Shown one piece after another: positions 63,847 to 64,000 of a stretch of 64,000 nucleotides of DNA. The translations under genes were made by a program, and so were the position numbers. The DNA lies in contig DATKGX010000048.1 of NCBI GenBank assembly GCA_035510555.1, positions 12,148 to 76,147 of the forward strand, given 5' to 3'. The notes under the pieces were generated by a model. It was not told where the DNA came from, did not search any database, and saw only the letters and a program-made list of their open reading frames with translations. Positions within the stretch are counted from its first letter, which is position 1. The number at the start of each line of letters is the position of its first letter. Source of the DNA: Patescibacteria group bacterium. GTDB lineage: Bacteria; Patescibacteriota; Microgenomatia; Levybacterales; UBA12049.

Positions 63847-64000
63847 TGAGTTTTGATAAACGTCCCCTGGTCCGTCTTCGTTAGCATTGGAACGATCGCA
63901 TTATACAATTTTTCCGCTACAAACTGATGAATATATTCATTGGGATGCGTATCCCATCTGTTAACTACCAAATCTGTGGCGTTTTTATTTTTTAGATATG
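63843..64000 (-). CDS. SGNH/GDSL-like hydrolase (3' end only; gene begins beyond the window)
   Basis: C-terminal translation ...VNRWDTHPNEYIHQFVAEKLYNAIVPMLTKTDQGTFIKTQ* contains the catalytic DxxH block. ATGA overlap with the next gene. Confidence 0.5.
   Translation of the reverse strand, partial: YLKNKNATDLVVNRWDTHPNEYIHQFVAEKLYNAIVPMLTKTDQGTFIKTQ

Noticed and set aside
1-64000. CRISPR arrays, rRNA genes, IS elements with terminal inverted repeats
   Set aside because: No direct-repeat/spacer periodicity was found. No rRNA-like conserved blocks were seen. No transposase-like ORF flanked by terminal IRs was found. The only recombinase is the island integrase.

Overview
This AT-rich window (about one-third GC by eye) is compact, mostly co-directional and uses near-leaderless starts, which fits a small-genome, likely CPR/Patescibacteria-type bacterium. 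It has four parts.

(1) Positions 1-40.7 kb hold an unbroken minus-strand supercluster of cell-envelope glycosylation genes. It contains at least 17 polytopic GT-C-type membrane glycosyltransferases, 10 GT2 enzymes (several DPM1/GtrB-like polyprenyl-phosphate-sugar synthases), one GT4, one Wzx-type flippase and one SAM methyltransferase. The GT-C genes comprise 4 GT39/PMT-like, 4 short ArnT/PMT-like paralogs, one 510-aa ArnT-like protein, 4 short YfhO-like (PF10131-type) proteins, 3 full-length YfhO proteins and one GT87/DUF2029-like protein.

(2) Positions 41.7-45.4 kb are a MarR-HlyD-HlyD-MFS(EmrB-like) efflux operon.

(3) Positions 45.5-60.1 kb are a roughly 14.5 kb integrated element inserted at the 3' end of a tRNA-Glu(CUC) gene and bounded by a perfect 19-bp direct repeat. 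It encodes a large serine recombinase whose C-terminus is completed by the att/tRNA sequence. Its mobilisation-like module is a membrane-anchored P-loop (coupling-protein-like) ATPase, a replication-relaxation-like protein, DUF2958 and an inverted-repeat-rich candidate oriT. Its cargo is an array of leaderless gene cassettes: a CPT-like kinase, an alpha/beta hydrolase, a GNAT, an ACT-domain protein, a NUDIX protein and an NTF2-like protein. Each cassette is driven by its own TGnTATAAT promoter 6-9 nt upstream of the ATG, and most are separated by a conserved ~40-nt junction motif. The island ends with DUF3800 and an XRE regulator. Beyond attR lie a RelE/Phd TA module and a degenerate second copy of the ~145-bp right arm.

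(4) Positions 61.6-64 kb hold a carbamoyltransferase flanked by SxtJ/SxtK-like small membrane proteins (one is a 59-aa ORF absent from the ORF track) and a partial SGNH hydrolase.

No rRNA or CRISPR array was seen.
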